The notes below the pieces were generated by a model, which saw only the letters and a list, made by a program, of their open reading frames with translations, made no database searches and was not told where the DNA came from. A stretch of DNA of 64,000 nt, taken from Klebsormidium nitens (Eukaryota > Plantae > Klebsormidiophyceae). The stretch covers positions 119,849 to 183,848 of the forward strand of contig DF237074.1 of NCBI GenBank assembly GCA_000708835.1, written 5' to 3'. Numbering within the stretch: the first letter of the stretch is position 1; each line of letters opens with the position of its first letter. Position numbers and translations under genes: made by a program. Of this stretch, positions 11,401 to 24,020 are shown in pieces.

Positions 11401-14400
11401 GGGAGGCAAGCGGTAAGAGAGAGGGTAAGGAGCAGTCTGAAAGACGATATAAAAGTAGAAGAGGTGCAGGCGTTAACGGGAGAGAAACAGGCGCGAAGAA
11501 AAGGGAAAGAGGCGAGACAAGGAAAGAAGCGAGCCAGAACTGGAGGAAGCAGAAATACGCTCTACTGAACAAAATTGATTCTAGTTGATAAACTTCGGTG
11601 AGGAATGGAGGGCAAGCAGATTCTCAAGCCCTGCGAGTGCATGCAAAGGTAGATAGAGAGGAGCTGCCTCAGATGCGCATACAAGCTGCTCGATGGACGT
11701 CGAAAGTAAAGGGAGTATGCGGAACGAGTTTGGAAGCCTCAAGTAAGGTGCTCGAAGATTCGGGTCTTATGAACGCCTTGCTCCAAGCAGACCATAAGCC
11801 AGCAGACGATAATCGGTTATAAAGCACTTTTCACAGGGATCCACACCTGATGATCTTCTCGTGCTGCGTCTCGTGCGCGTACGCCAGCATCTCCCCCGCC
11901 TTCTCGCTCGCGCTGCCCACCATGAGCAGGCCCATCCCGATCCCCGCCGCCTCGCCCGCGTTCGCGCTGTCCGTGAACAGCACGCTCTTCAAATCCTCGA
12001 AGATCTCCTCGTTCGCAGTCCCGAGCGCCGCGAGCCCGAGCCCCAGGCACGCCCCGTGCTGAATAATCTCGTTCGTCGTGTTGCGCAGCGACTCGAGCAG
12101 GAACGTCTTGATGCTCTCCCCGTGGTTCGCGTGGATCAGCCCGAGCGCGTATAGCGCCCCCCCCTCGGAATACGGGCTCCCGCTCACGCCGTTCTGCGGC
12201 AGGTACGGCGCCATAAGCGCGCGGCCCTGCTGAAGGTGCCCCCGGTGGATCACCCCGAGCCCCGCGGTCGCCGAGAACTTGGCCCAGTTGGTGCTGCGCG
12301 ACAGCCACTCCAGGTTCTCGCGCAGGAACGTGTCGACGGTCGTGCCCGCGTGCATCAGCCCGTTGGCGTAGATGATCGCGCCGTGGCACACGCTGTTGCG
12401 CACGTCGACTGCGCCCTTGATGTTCTTGAGCACCAGCAGGTCGGCCCGGTTGCGGCTGTAACCAAAAGAGGATGCACAACTGTCACAAAGGCTGAAAACC
12501 AAAGGAGTTGGTGAGATAAGCAATGAAGCGCCCTTGATGTCCTTGAGCACCAGAGTCGGCCACGTTGCGGCGGCACACAGAACAGTTGCCGAAGTGTACA
12601 TGTCTAGCATTACAGAAACGGATCCTGTGGGACACATCGCTTCGGTACAAACAACATTCTACCTACTCTGGGAACACAAAGGTCAACCCTTTGGGACTTG
12701 CAGGGACCGTTGTTGGATGTGTTGACTGGCAAAGATTGGAATCAGGCCACCAGGCACAAAATTTTAACAGAGGCCCCGCCCTGAGACAAGAGTCCAGCTT
12801 TCAGAGGAACCAACGTGCCCTATGCTCCCGAACAACAACTCCCCCTTCAGACTCATCTCGCGTCTTCCATCTTTCTGCCACTGAGTCCCTGATACACGAC
12901 CCACCTGTACAAGAACTGCAGCGCGAGGTTGATCGGCGTCTCCCCCGACAGCACCCCCTTGAGCCGCGTCATGCGCTCCGCGTACGTCGCGATCGGGAGG
13001 TCCCCGAGCCCCTCGATCGCGGGGGCGTGGCTCTCCGCGGCCCCCGTGTCCTCCTCCATCGCGGACGCCTCATCCTTTGCTTCTGCCGCCAGCGCAGCCG
13101 AAGCACTGGCAGTCGCATCGGCAGCGGCAGTGGCTCCCTCTGCCGGGGGGGTGGATTCGGCGCCTTCGGCGGGGGGGTGGCCGGCCTCTGCGTGGCCGCG
13201 GGGGTCCGGGAGGCGGTCCCGCACGTTGAGCAGGAACTGCTGGAACTCGTTCTCGAAGAGGTCGAACGCGACCTGGTACGCTAGCAGGGCGTCGTCCTGC
13301 AGGAGGACAAACGGTTCAGAAATGTTGCAATAGCAGTGCGGAATTATACTTGGAGCCAAACGGCTGACAAGAGCTTCGGTGCGTCAGAAACGGGTGTCAA
13401 GACCGTGATAAAGTGCTTTTCCTTCAAGTGTTGGCGCGGTATCAACTAAAGAACCCCAAGAAAGGTGGTAAGTCCAAGGAACCTCGCACCCTAACAGTAT
13501 GTGCCTTAATAAAGTGTGCCCCAACCAAGAAGTGTAATGAACTAGAACACTTGGGAAACACCAGGCCAATACAAGGAGTGGCACATCTCGCGGTCTTCAA
13601 CTTTCTGTGCATTTCCAGGCTCTCATAACGTAACTGCCTGCATGCCCAGCCCTGAAACCTGGTCTACAAAAAAAGCCCACAACCGACTTGCCGAAGTATG
13701 ATGAACAAAGAAATCAGAAATGCGGTGACAATCGACAAAAGACATCCCCCCGAAGAGCTCGCCTGATACAAATCTCTTCTCCAACATCTGTACATGAATG
13801 ATCAGTACCAGTAGCTAAGCTGCTTGCTCACCGAGTCCCCCTTGACCAGTTTGTCCAGGATGGCAGCGACGCCCGCTGGGTCATCCAGGAACATCAGGCA
13901 CTGGCAGATGTTGATGTAGTCGGGGGAGCCAGAGTGCGTGTACAGCTTGACCAGAGTCCTCAACACCTGCATCCAAGCATGTACCGACGCTTTATGAGCA
14001 GGACCTTTAGAGTGGCAAATTGTCAAAATCCTTTCGCCTGTCGGCACGATCCCAAGTCTCCAACCTTTTCATACCTGACTTTCCTAAGAGGTGCCCAGTA
14101 CCAAACCCATGCTGCTTTTGCCTGTTCGGAGCTGACCCAGTTGAAGTATTCAACCTCTTCATCCCTCTAAATCCGTAAGCATCCTCTGGTTCCCACCATG
14201 TCCTGCGTTTTTTCTTCTTTCTTCTCTTCTTTCTGGCACTCTGCACACATCCGACACTGCGCATAAGACCAAACCAAAGTATGTCAAGCGCGCAGAGCAT
14301 AGAGAGAGCAAACATACCTCATGGCGGAACTCTCTCCGGTTGACCAGAGTTTGGGACACCCGGAGGGTGTAGGCGAGAAGAGCAGGCACGTCGTCACTCT

Positions 14401-15943
14401 TTGTGATTGCTTCCTCCAGCTTGTCCAGTCGCCGGCACTCCAGAGCGATCCCCACTGCCTGCTGGTACTGCCCGTCAGTGATGCACCTGCAGATTGCTTG
14501 GAAGTCAGAAGACCCAAAAGACCCTCAGCTTAGAACGCCACCCCAAAGGTAGGGACTTGCCTATCAAGTTGTCAACTTGTACACTAGGTCAAAGTGCTCT
14601 GGTCAGCTGCAACAAACCAACAACCAACTGAGTTTACAACAAAGAAACAAACTCAGCCAAGCAGCAGGCTTCAGAGTTTCGAGTTTCAAGCAACTTAGAA
14701 GTATCCACCGCATATGCCACCCTGTCTGCGCTTTGCAAGCTGCACGGGGAGATTAGCCCTCCCCAACCTTGAGGGCGCAATAACTTCCTTTCCCATTGAT
14801 GACTCACTTGTTGAGCATCCTCTCCACAATTGCCACCAACCGGGTATCAAGGGGAGGCTGCTTCTCCTTGGACTCGTTTGCCTTGACGCTCAGCTCGACG
14901 TACTGGTCGATGCACTTGGCTGAAAAAGCACCATCGCAGCCAGTTGGGTCAACTCATGGAAGAATGCTTGTGATTAGCATGCGGTGGCAGAAACTTTGTA
15001 AGCTGCACATGCGCACCAAACTGCGCTGCTGCAAGTTCTAGGCACAGCTTGATCACCATGATTACAAGAACGAGGGATTCAGCATGGGACCATATTGACA
15101 GGACAGGTACAGCGAATGCGCAAAGAAGCTCTTTGAGGGCCCAACAAGTGAGGAACATGGACAGCTGTACAACTCACCAACCAAGGTCTGGACGTATTCG
15201 CTCTCCTCTGAGACGTCAAAGAGGGGACCCGCACCCAGTGCATATGTGAGGGACTCATCCAGCTCTCCCAGGTGGTAGAAAACCTGGACAGCAAGAGGCA
15301 GTACTGAGACTGAGCAGCGTGAACACCTGCTGATTCTAATCAAGACTCAACTGCTGAATCAAGCGGTGGTACGGGCGTGCCTTGCAAGTACCATTCGGCA
15401 GGTGCTTGGCAAGACACTGGTACCTCACCTAATAGTCAGCAATAGCATGCAATTGAGCTTGACACTAAAGTCTTTGGACTACAACAAAGGAAGAAGCGGA
15501 TGAGTACCTTTGACGCCAGAAGAGCTGCCAGCTCCCGCTCTTCAAAGCCTTCATCTTCATACAGCGCCTCTCTGCACGAATCGAATTGTGATCAATCGCC
15601 AACCCTCAAACCTGTCTTAAGTGCTGTAGGCAAAACCTAAAACAATCAAACAAAAACACATGATCGATCACAGAACCTTGTGGACTCTGATGTTCCAATT
15701 CCAAGCTTGATCAAACCCCTTGGTGCACTGCATCAATCCAGGGCTGGTGGCAAACTTTACTCACAGCTTTGAGATCTCTGCAGATATCTCCGCCCAGAAC
15801 TCATCGACAATCCGATTGAGCTGCTTCAGAGCGTAGACCTGCAGCACGCTCTCGTCTTCATCCAGCATCGCCAGAAGGCCGGCTGAGCTCGTCGGTTGCG
15901 AGAAGCCATGCTCGGAAGGCCGCGCCACTGCCACTGCCGCCAT
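8438..15943 (-). CDS. RPN2: 26S proteasome regulatory subunit RPN2/PSMD1, multi-exon
   Basis: N-terminus ...[36 protein letters not shown]; PC-repeat exons ([87 protein letters not shown]-type segment); C-terminal [16 protein letters not shown]. Confidence 0.97.
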
Positions 15944-16330
15944 CGCTGCTGGTCCTACAGAGCGGCTTCCTTGCTTGGATCACCGCCAATTGATCGCAGC
16001 AGACTTCAGAAGCTACAGTAAGCAGCGATCACTCCGCCCAACGTGCAAGACTTCCCTCACCAATCCTCCACCGTTAGCTAAAAAGGCTGATTGAGGCGCC
16101 CTTCCTAGCGTACTGCCACAGGCAGAAGTAGCTGCACACTGCTCTCTCTCCCTTGGAAATGGATTCTGGTTGGTCACACCTGGCGGCAAATTGCGACAAG
16201 GCTCCGATATATTCAGAGGGGAAGTTAAACACATTTATTCGCTGAAGCCTAAGCTTGCTAAATTGCTGAATACCGTACCGTAGGTTCAGCCGTACGTCCA
16301 ATTCTCATGTGGTGAACGGGCTGGGACGGG

Positions 16331-16519
16331 ATGAAACTCTAAGAAAAATAATAGTAAGCCCAGATAATAGTAAGGTAACCGCACTGTGACGGGTAGGGTT
16401 AGGGTGGTGGTTAGGGTGGGTACGGGTGCGGAGCGGGTGTTTCCTTATAGGTTAGGGTTTTTAGTGTTAGTCGGAGCTTACTATTATCTTGGCTTACTAT
16501 TATCTTTCTTGAGAATTAT
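16331..16519. mobile_element. MITE-like element with ~37-bp terminal inverted repeats, 9-bp flanking direct repeat and telomere-like G-rich core
   Basis: Left arm CTCTAAGAAAAATAATAGTAAGCCCAGATAATAGTAAG (16337-16374); right arm reverse complement CTCAAGAAAGATAATAGTAAGCCAAGATAATAGTAAG (16477-16513); TGGGACGGG at 16322-16330 and 16520-16528; core contains TTAGGG/TAGGG runs. Confidence 0.75.
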
Positions 16520-17130
16520 TGGGACGGGGCCGTATACGACGGTGACCCAACCTCAACAACGGACTCGCAGCTCTTAGCTGCACAGTGTACCGTGCTGCTT
16601 GACCACCACCCGCCGGCTTGAAGTTGAACTTGAAGTTGAACAGTTGAACCGAGCTCTGCACACAGCAGCTCAGTTCTCTTGAAGGTGAAGTGGAAAAGGA
16701 ATCTGCTGATCTTAAAAAGGTGGGGAAGGGTGGCCTCTAGGCTCTAGGAGGGTGGCACCAGTCTTCAGGTCATCGAACATCCAGCAGGAAAGGCGACTCG
16801 AAGGTGGACCACCGCTTACCATGCAAGCGGTCCTTTCCCCTTTCATGGGGAGGGCGTAAAATGCTAACTCTACCAGGGCGAATGCACGGGTCTCATTGAC
16901 ATTCTGGATGTTAAACGCCAGAGCAGATTGGTGCTAACAGCAGAAACCACCTGATCAAACTTTTGACTCGCTTGAGTGGTTGTCTAGGAAGTTGCGCAAC
17001 ATGCTCGGATTTTACTAGTCTCTGGCAGAGCATCAAAGAGGTCCATACCGGCAAGGACGCTCTACACGTGCTCGCTTCGGCGATAATCTGTGGCTTTGTA
17101 TCGGTGCTAGGCCCCCTGCTCAGAGAGACC

Positions 17131-20100
17131 ATGGGGGACACCAGAAGGGAGAAGGTGAGCTATGTCTGCTTGTGGATCCCGGCATTCTCGTTTTGTGCTT
17201 CCATGCAGGGCGCTCAAAGAGCAGCACTCTCTTGAAATGTGGCCAACTTTCATGTGTCTTTTCTTTTTTCACTTGAGGAGCTGGTAGTTCAAAGACGGCA
17301 ACCGCAAGCAGCACCTAACGAAGTCCGGGCCATTACCTCCGGCGAACATGAGAAACTCAACAGTTTTATGTTACATTTGCCAGTCCCCTGACCAGGCTCC
17401 AGATCACTTCCTGCACTTTAAGATAGGATCAGTACCTTTGCATAATCCCAGACATACAGTATGCTACTTACTGACACTGCATCTTTGTCACGTCTAAAGT
17501 GAAGCCTGCCGAGGTCGCACTAATGCACAAAGCCCTGATAGCAACTGACGGTTGCAATTCTGCAGTACTCCCATAATGGTGCTCATAACGATTCCCTGAC
17601 TCTGCATCTGTTCGATCTTGTACAAGCGGCTCAGTTTGAATCCAAGCTCCAAACTTTCTTGGCTTCCGTCTGCTTCCTACAGCTTCTCGCCTCGTGCCAC
17701 CTCCGCAAGTCCAGTAATAACTGCTTCCGCTCAGACACACTGACAATGCGCAAAGAACGTTCCACCCCCCCTTGAACTCCCTAAACATTTTAGCTTCGCT
17801 AATGCATTAGCGTCTCAACTTTCTTTGTGCTCCAGGTCCTCCAGAGCTTGGCGTCTATCGACCCCATTCAGCTGTGCAATGAAGCTCGGACTTCAGAGGG
17901 AGGCGGTTTGTACGCCCAATGTGTTGCGGCAGGATTGATCTCCAGGGACGGTGCAGCAGTGGGGAGGGGTTATGGAGCGGAGGAGGCGGCGCGGCTGCAT
18001 GCGCTGTTTGACGTGGCGCTGGAAAATGGACTGGCCGCCCTGGTGTCGCACTGTATCCTCGGACAAGATGCCTTCAAGTCGCGGTCGCTCATGAAGAACG
18101 CCGTTCAGTCAGCAACTGTATGACTGAATGCTGGGATCAATTTTGGTCCCCACCTGCCTTAGGGCCAGCGTCTCGTTCTTTCGATACAGAGTAGGAAGGA
18201 TTCGCCAAGTGAAGCAATCTGGTCACTCTCTGTCTGTTTGGACCAAAAAGCAAGAGACGCAAATGAGCTACTGACTGCACTGATCGTTGCTTTCTGCCGA
18301 ATATATTGTCTCCAGCATTGGCTCTTCGATACTTTCCTTGACTATGTATCACTGCCCAGACGTCACTGAGGTCTGCATGGACACATCGGTGGTTTCCAGC
18401 GACGCCATCGAGACGAAGCTGCTCGACGGGTCCATCGTTCAGAGCTGGGCCGAGCGGACCCTGCGCACACTGTTCCAAGAGCTGCGGGATATTTGTATCC
18501 TGCATTCCCGCTGCATGCTTTTCCGTAGCTACTGCTTCTTAGTCCAACTGCCGCAATTCTTTTCTACCCCTGGTCCCCTGCATCAAGAATGCAATACCTT
18601 CTTCTCATTCTGAAAGTGTTGCAAAGTTGACATCTGAAGCGCTCGATGTCCAAAGATTGCAAGGCCTCAGCTCGTTGTTTTTATCCTTGAACACACACTT
18701 CAGATGCCGACCACTCGGAGAAGCAGAATGCTGACCTCAGCGGCGTCGCCGGTCGGCTCCGCGGCCTCTCGCATGTCCTCGACGCACTCCTGGCCTCCAT
18801 CGCAGACGGCGCCAGTCCGGCACAGCAGCGGCTGCAGGATCTCAAGGAGGCGCTGCTCAAGGCTATCCAGGCAAGCCCCCGCCTGGCCCCGTCTCAAATT
18901 GTCGACCTTTTGAATCCTTGTACTTTGCGTCGTCTCTATGTTGCCCGACTAGGATGCTTTGTTTCGGTGGGCGATGCGGCTGAACATCGAATCAGCTCGT
19001 TCCATGGCCCCGGTTTTATGCTGGGCCCTCACTTTGAAAACCAGCAAACTGAGGGGTGAAAGTCTGGTCCGTGTTGCACTCGACCTGTTCATTCCCCCTG
19101 TTCGCCCCAATTACCTACCAAGGTTTCATGCTGACGCGTCTGTCTGCAACCCACTGGTCAATATCATCGCTCCCCTCTCTTTGTGCAGCATGTCGAGGTC
19201 TTCTCCTGGTGCTCCCAGCAGCGGTGGTTGGAGCGCCTCCGCCCGCATCACGCCACCCCCGCGATTTGGGCCGCTGCGTTCCAAAGACGAAAAGACGCAG
19301 CGGCTGCGCGGCACTGGCCGATCGGAGCTGAGCCAACGACCCCCGGGACGCAAACAACTCTCGAAACCGATCTCGAGGGGCAGCAAACGCCTGTTGAGGA
19401 GACCCCCCATGAGGCAGGAACGCTGTTCGTGGAGGACGCTCTGGAGCACCTTGGGTTGGGGGAAAGCGATAAAGAGGAGAGGTCTGAGCCGGCATTGTGG
19501 TTGGATAGTTTGGCGCAGGAGGGCGCGCGGAGTCCGGAGTCCAGTGGGCGGACTGGGATGGAGATTGAGGGGCGCGAGGGGGGACAGCTGTATCCCCCGA
19601 GCAGAGTCAGGGGGGCGGTGGACCTGCTGTTCCTTCGGGGCTGGGCATCAGAGTTCCTGGCCAAGAAAGCCATTGTATCCTGCTTCGTGCGCTTGTCATC
19701 CTAAAGTTTGACGCGTTGCTGAACGTTCCTTCTGAAAGGACTGGTACAGCATCACCTGTTTGCGTTATAGTCAACAGCCCTTTTGTTCTACGCGCCTTGG
19801 GCACTGTCTCAGGGTTCCGCACATGCTCGCATGATGTATCTTCAAAGAATGGCAAACACACTCTTTTTGGAAGCCACGCCCGGTTTGCCGCTCTGAATCA
19901 GCGTCATTCTCGAAAGAGGGCCGTTCAAAGGTGCTTGCGTACGTTCCTTGACCCTCAGCTCACTCCAGTTTCTGTACTACTTGTACGACCGTTTCTGGGG
20001 CCGTCCGGCCGAGGAGTGGCAGGCAGTGGTGTGCGACTACTGCACTGCGTTCCATCTTCCGGACTTCTTCCGCATCGAGTGCCTCCTCTTCTTCCTACTG

Positions 20101-22372
20101 GACAACGATGCTCTGGAGGCCCTGCAGGTGAATCTCCTAAGCTTGATGAGTTGTGGCGTCTAAGACATGTGCGCCAGAACAGGCCCTGGGCGACGCCTGA
20201 GCTTATTCTCCCAACTTTCGCAGTGAGGTCCACACGTGTCAGCCTCTCATTGAGCCTCGCACTGCACTCTGTTCTGCCAGCCTTGGATGTGTCGTGTTAC
20301 CCAGGACCCCGGTCTTCGAGGGAACCTTATCAAAATTTCACAACGCCCATCTGATTATCTGGAGAGTCGAACTTCGCAGGAGGCCTGTCAGCTGCTACCC
20401 CAGATCGCCGGCCCCAAGCTCCACCCCCGCATCCCCCAAGTCCTCCTAGAACGTGGCGCACCCCAGGAGGCCCTCACCGCACTGCGCGCCAGCGGCCGCC
20501 TCCTATCGCCCTCCCCAGCCCCCCTCCCCCTCGAGGAGGCCGTGACCGCCCTTCGCGCCGCGCTCGCGTGCGGGCCGCTCTCCGAAGCGTACCTCTTTCA
20601 ACACAACCACTGGGCGGCTCTCCGGGAATCTCTAGCCGTCCATGCCAGCATTGCCCAGCCCGCGGAACCCCTAGAAGATTCAGACGAAGAACGAGACTTG
20701 GGGGAAGAGCTGGCGGTGCTCGTGACCGAGCTCGTGAACTTTTCGGCGAGGGGGGGTGTGCTGCGAGCGATGGTCGAGCTGCCGTGGGCCCCCGAAGAAG
20801 AGGGCCCCATGGAGACCGCGCTGATTCAGTGCGCGGAACGGGACCCGGGAGGCGCGGCGGGCAGCCATCTGGTGGTGTACTATCTGCTGCGGTGTCGGTA
20901 TGCGGAGGCGATGATTCGGCACAGGGACGTGAGCCGCTTGGAGGATGCGTGGGAAGGGGGAGACGAGGCGAAGAGGAGGCGAGCCGCACTGGCGCGCCAG
21001 CAGCGGACGAACATCGTGGTAAGACGAAAATCAAAAAGGGGTGTTGCAGCTCTGTTGTCCATGACCGTGTCACAGGTTTTGCGTCCTGAACGCACTGAGC
21101 TCTGCAAAAACAACAGTTGCCGTGTGCAACTTGCTCTAGCAAACGTGTTGTCAGTCTTTCACGGCCCTTTCTGCGAGCAGACTTTAGCAATGTGCTCGCC
21201 TGTTTGGTGGCCGTTCCCGAAGACAGCAGGTCGGCGCCCAAGTGTGATGACGTCACTGACCTCAGTCCAGCTTTGTGCCACAACTTCGTTTACAGCCTAT
21301 GCTTCCAACCTCTGGGTGCAAAACATCGCGCCAGCTGCAGCTGCAAGGAACCGGTTCGACGTTGCGCTCTCCTTCGTCCTCAACCATTCTCAAACGCCCC
21401 ACCCCTTCCCTTGTTCAGGAGGCCTGCTACCAGTTGCTGCCAGAGGCAGAGCGCCGTCTTCTGGAGCACCAGCTCGCCCACCCGGAGCCTCCCCCTCCTT
21501 CCATGGACGTCGATCGAGCGCCCGCTTTCCCCCCGGCCCTTCCCGCCATCTCGGCAGCCCCTCAGAGCCCGATCTTTCCGCAACTGCCGGCCAGACAAGC
21601 CCGCCTCGCCAACGTGCCCCCCGGTCGGCCGATGACGTCATCATTGCTGCGTCCGCAGACTGCCCCGAACGGGCCGTCCGCGCTGGGGAAAGAAGCGAAC
21701 GGACGTTCAGAGAATGGTGCGGAAGAGGGACCGGTAGATGAACCGACGGAGAAATGGACTGCCGATGGGGATGCAGAATACAGCCCGCGGCCTCGAAAGC
21801 TGCTCTACGACGAGGTGGGGGGAGCCGGGGCCGCGGCAGAGCAGGGCGGTGCGAATACGCCCGGGGCAGAGGAGGACGGGCTCCAGTTCTACTCTCCCCT
21901 GGGCCGATTCACACCAGACGCGAATGGGCCTGCAGAGAACGGAGACGAAGCTGGCGGGTATGGATATCGGATAGGGGCAAGTAACGGCCCGGTGAACGGA
22001 GCGGAAAAGGCGGGCGCGTTTGGGAACGCATCGGGCAGGTCGGGAGAAGGGCTGTTTGCGAAGTGGGGAATGGCGGACGGTCCGGGCCTGGCAGCGGGGG
22101 GGCCGTTTACGAGCCCCATAAGCGCCGGGGCCGGGCTGAAACGTGGGCGCCAGCCGACGCCTGCTCCAAAGAAGGTCGCATCGTTCCGAGCAAACGGAGA
22201 CCTTGCGGAGGGGGAAGAGGACGGGAACGGGACTGAAGATAAATTGGCTGACGGCCTGGGGGTCCGATCGACGGGCCAGGACTATGGGAATGAAGAGGGA
22301 GCTTGGGCCGGGGGAGGGTTAGGACCGCCGCCTAGGGGGACTTTGTCAGACGATGTGGACATGACAGAGTGA
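17131..22372 (+). CDS. HOS1: HOS1/ELYS-like nucleoporin homologue lacking the RING finger; 8 coding exons
   Basis: Exons 17131-17154, 17836-18052, 18360-18494, 18704-18870, 19189-19674, 19969-20127, 20380-21018, 21419-22372 join in frame. HOS1-like motifs: LASIDPIQLCNEAR, LYAQCVAAGLIS, LHALFDVALEN, VCMDTSVVSSD, KKAIFLYYLYDRFW, FFLLDNDALEALQEACQLLPQIAGP (ELYS domain). Confidence 0.9.
18053..18359 (+). other. U12-type (minor spliceosome) GT-AG intron, HOS1 intron 2
   Basis: Donor GTATCCTC; branch site TTCCTTGAC at 18334-18342, about 18 nt before the AG; no polypyrimidine tract. Confidence 0.85.
18495..18703 (+). other. U12-type GT-AG intron, HOS1 intron 3
   Basis: Donor GTATCCTG; branch-like TCCTTGAAC at 18684-18692. 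Confidence 0.75.
19675..19968 (+). other. U12-type GT-AG intron, HOS1 intron 5
   Basis: Donor GTATCCTG; branch site TTCCTTGAC at 19944-19952; the splice restores the conserved KKAI|FLYYL. Confidence 0.85.
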
Positions 22373-24020
22373 GTCTTCAGAGTTTGTAACCGAAGGAGAA
22401 CTGGACACGTGTTCGCATCTCCGGAATTGAACTATTCGGACCAAGCCGTACTAGAGCACGAGTTTGCTGACGGGATCCCGAGGGATTCTTTGAAGCAACT
22501 GGCTGTCCGCACATTTTCAGAAGGCTGGTGTGTACCACTACAGATTTCAAAGGATTTGTCGTTTCTGGCTCACAGGTCGTCTCCACTGCGTGAAACGTCT
22601 CTTAAAAGACTCTCTTGAAGAGAAACTGATGCGTATTGGGATGAAGTTGCTACATCGGTACGCTAAATTTTAAGTTCCTTCATTTTCTGCAGGAACATTC
22701 CAGCTTCTCCGAGCTTTCAACTGCCCAAACCGCCAACAATGACGAATGCAGGCCACACACCAGCTTTCTCGCGCAACGGTGGGAGAGCCCGATGGAGAGC
22801 GGAAGAGGACTTAGAAGATACGCTTTTAGATGAGGCTGTGGCATCCGCTTTGACACCTGGGATAAAGCGCCCCAAAGCCGGTACTAGCGAAAGGTCGAAA
22901 AAGATTCTTCGCAAGGGGGTGCGATTGCTTTGATGCGTGGCCCCCGAGTGAGTAGGGATTAGTGATTCTTGCTTTCTGGACCCTGTAACACAATCTGCAT
23001 GGCTCCAGATATGCACGCGGCTTTGCCTTTTCTACTTCAAGTCAATGTCTAGGTCGATTGAGTCGGCTCATCTGACCAGAGGTTCACATACTCACTTGAC
23101 AGCGAACCGCAAGCGTAGCCAAAGCGTGGCCCCAGTGCAATTGGTTGTTGCTCCTTGAACTTTTGGACCAGGGCTGGCAGATTTGCTTCGTTTTGATACG
23201 TACACAGTGAAGCCTGACTTGGATGATGAAAGGTGTCAAAGCTGTTAGGAACATTCTATCAAGCAATCTCTAATCTGCATGACGGCTTCCGATCATATCC
23301 CGCCTCTACATGCGATGCAAAAAGGTGAAAACGGATCTGATTGCACATGTAGCTACCAGCTGGGGTTGCTTCAGTATACATGGGCCTGCACGACCTGACC
23401 GGGGCCCGTCATTTGCAAGCCAAACCGTCATGGCGGCCCGAGTCCTTCAGGCTTACCGTATGCTGGTTGGCGGCGGCAAGCTTGAAGCTTTACAACTGAT
23501 CCGCCACATGATGCACGTGGTTTATGTTGACACATGCCGAGCCAGTAAAGAACAGGGTCATTGTTGAAGCCTCACGTCTTAGTGTATAAGTTTATGACAC
23601 CAAAAGCAATGTCGTCATTTTTCAGGCGCATACAAGGGACCGCGTGCGCGGTCGTGGCAGCCTAGCGGGTCCAGGTACAGTGCATCTCAGCAGAAGAATT
23701 TAGAAAGGCTCAGCAAGCAAAAAGGGCGGAAAGCAGCTCGGTAGGAGCCTCCTTAAAGGCTATAGCTTGCAGCTTGTGAGTCACTCGCAGGGCCTCAGAA
23801 TGATTGTCAGCTGGGGATTGAGATCACATGAAGCTTAGTGACCCATGCAGGTCGCAGCAGACGTCATCTTTCTTCTTTGTATCAGCTATAATGTACGTTT
23901 GCCAGCTCCCAATCATAAGTGTGTAGTAAAAGCAGCTCGAGCTTTACATTTGGTGTTGCCTTTGAGCCCTGCCCTGAGCCAAGCTGGTGAAGTGGAGTCT
24001 TCCTTTTTGGGCATTGCACA

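Noticed and set aside
13697-13766. Possible C/D-box snoRNA (ATGATGA ... CTGA)
   Set aside because: Antisense to the host RPN2 intron, no terminal stem, and no recognisable rRNA guide.
20287-21741. 484-aa ORF as a single-exon gene
   Set aside because: It is HOS1 exon 7 read through into intron 7; splicing at 21018->21419 restores the HOS1 frame.
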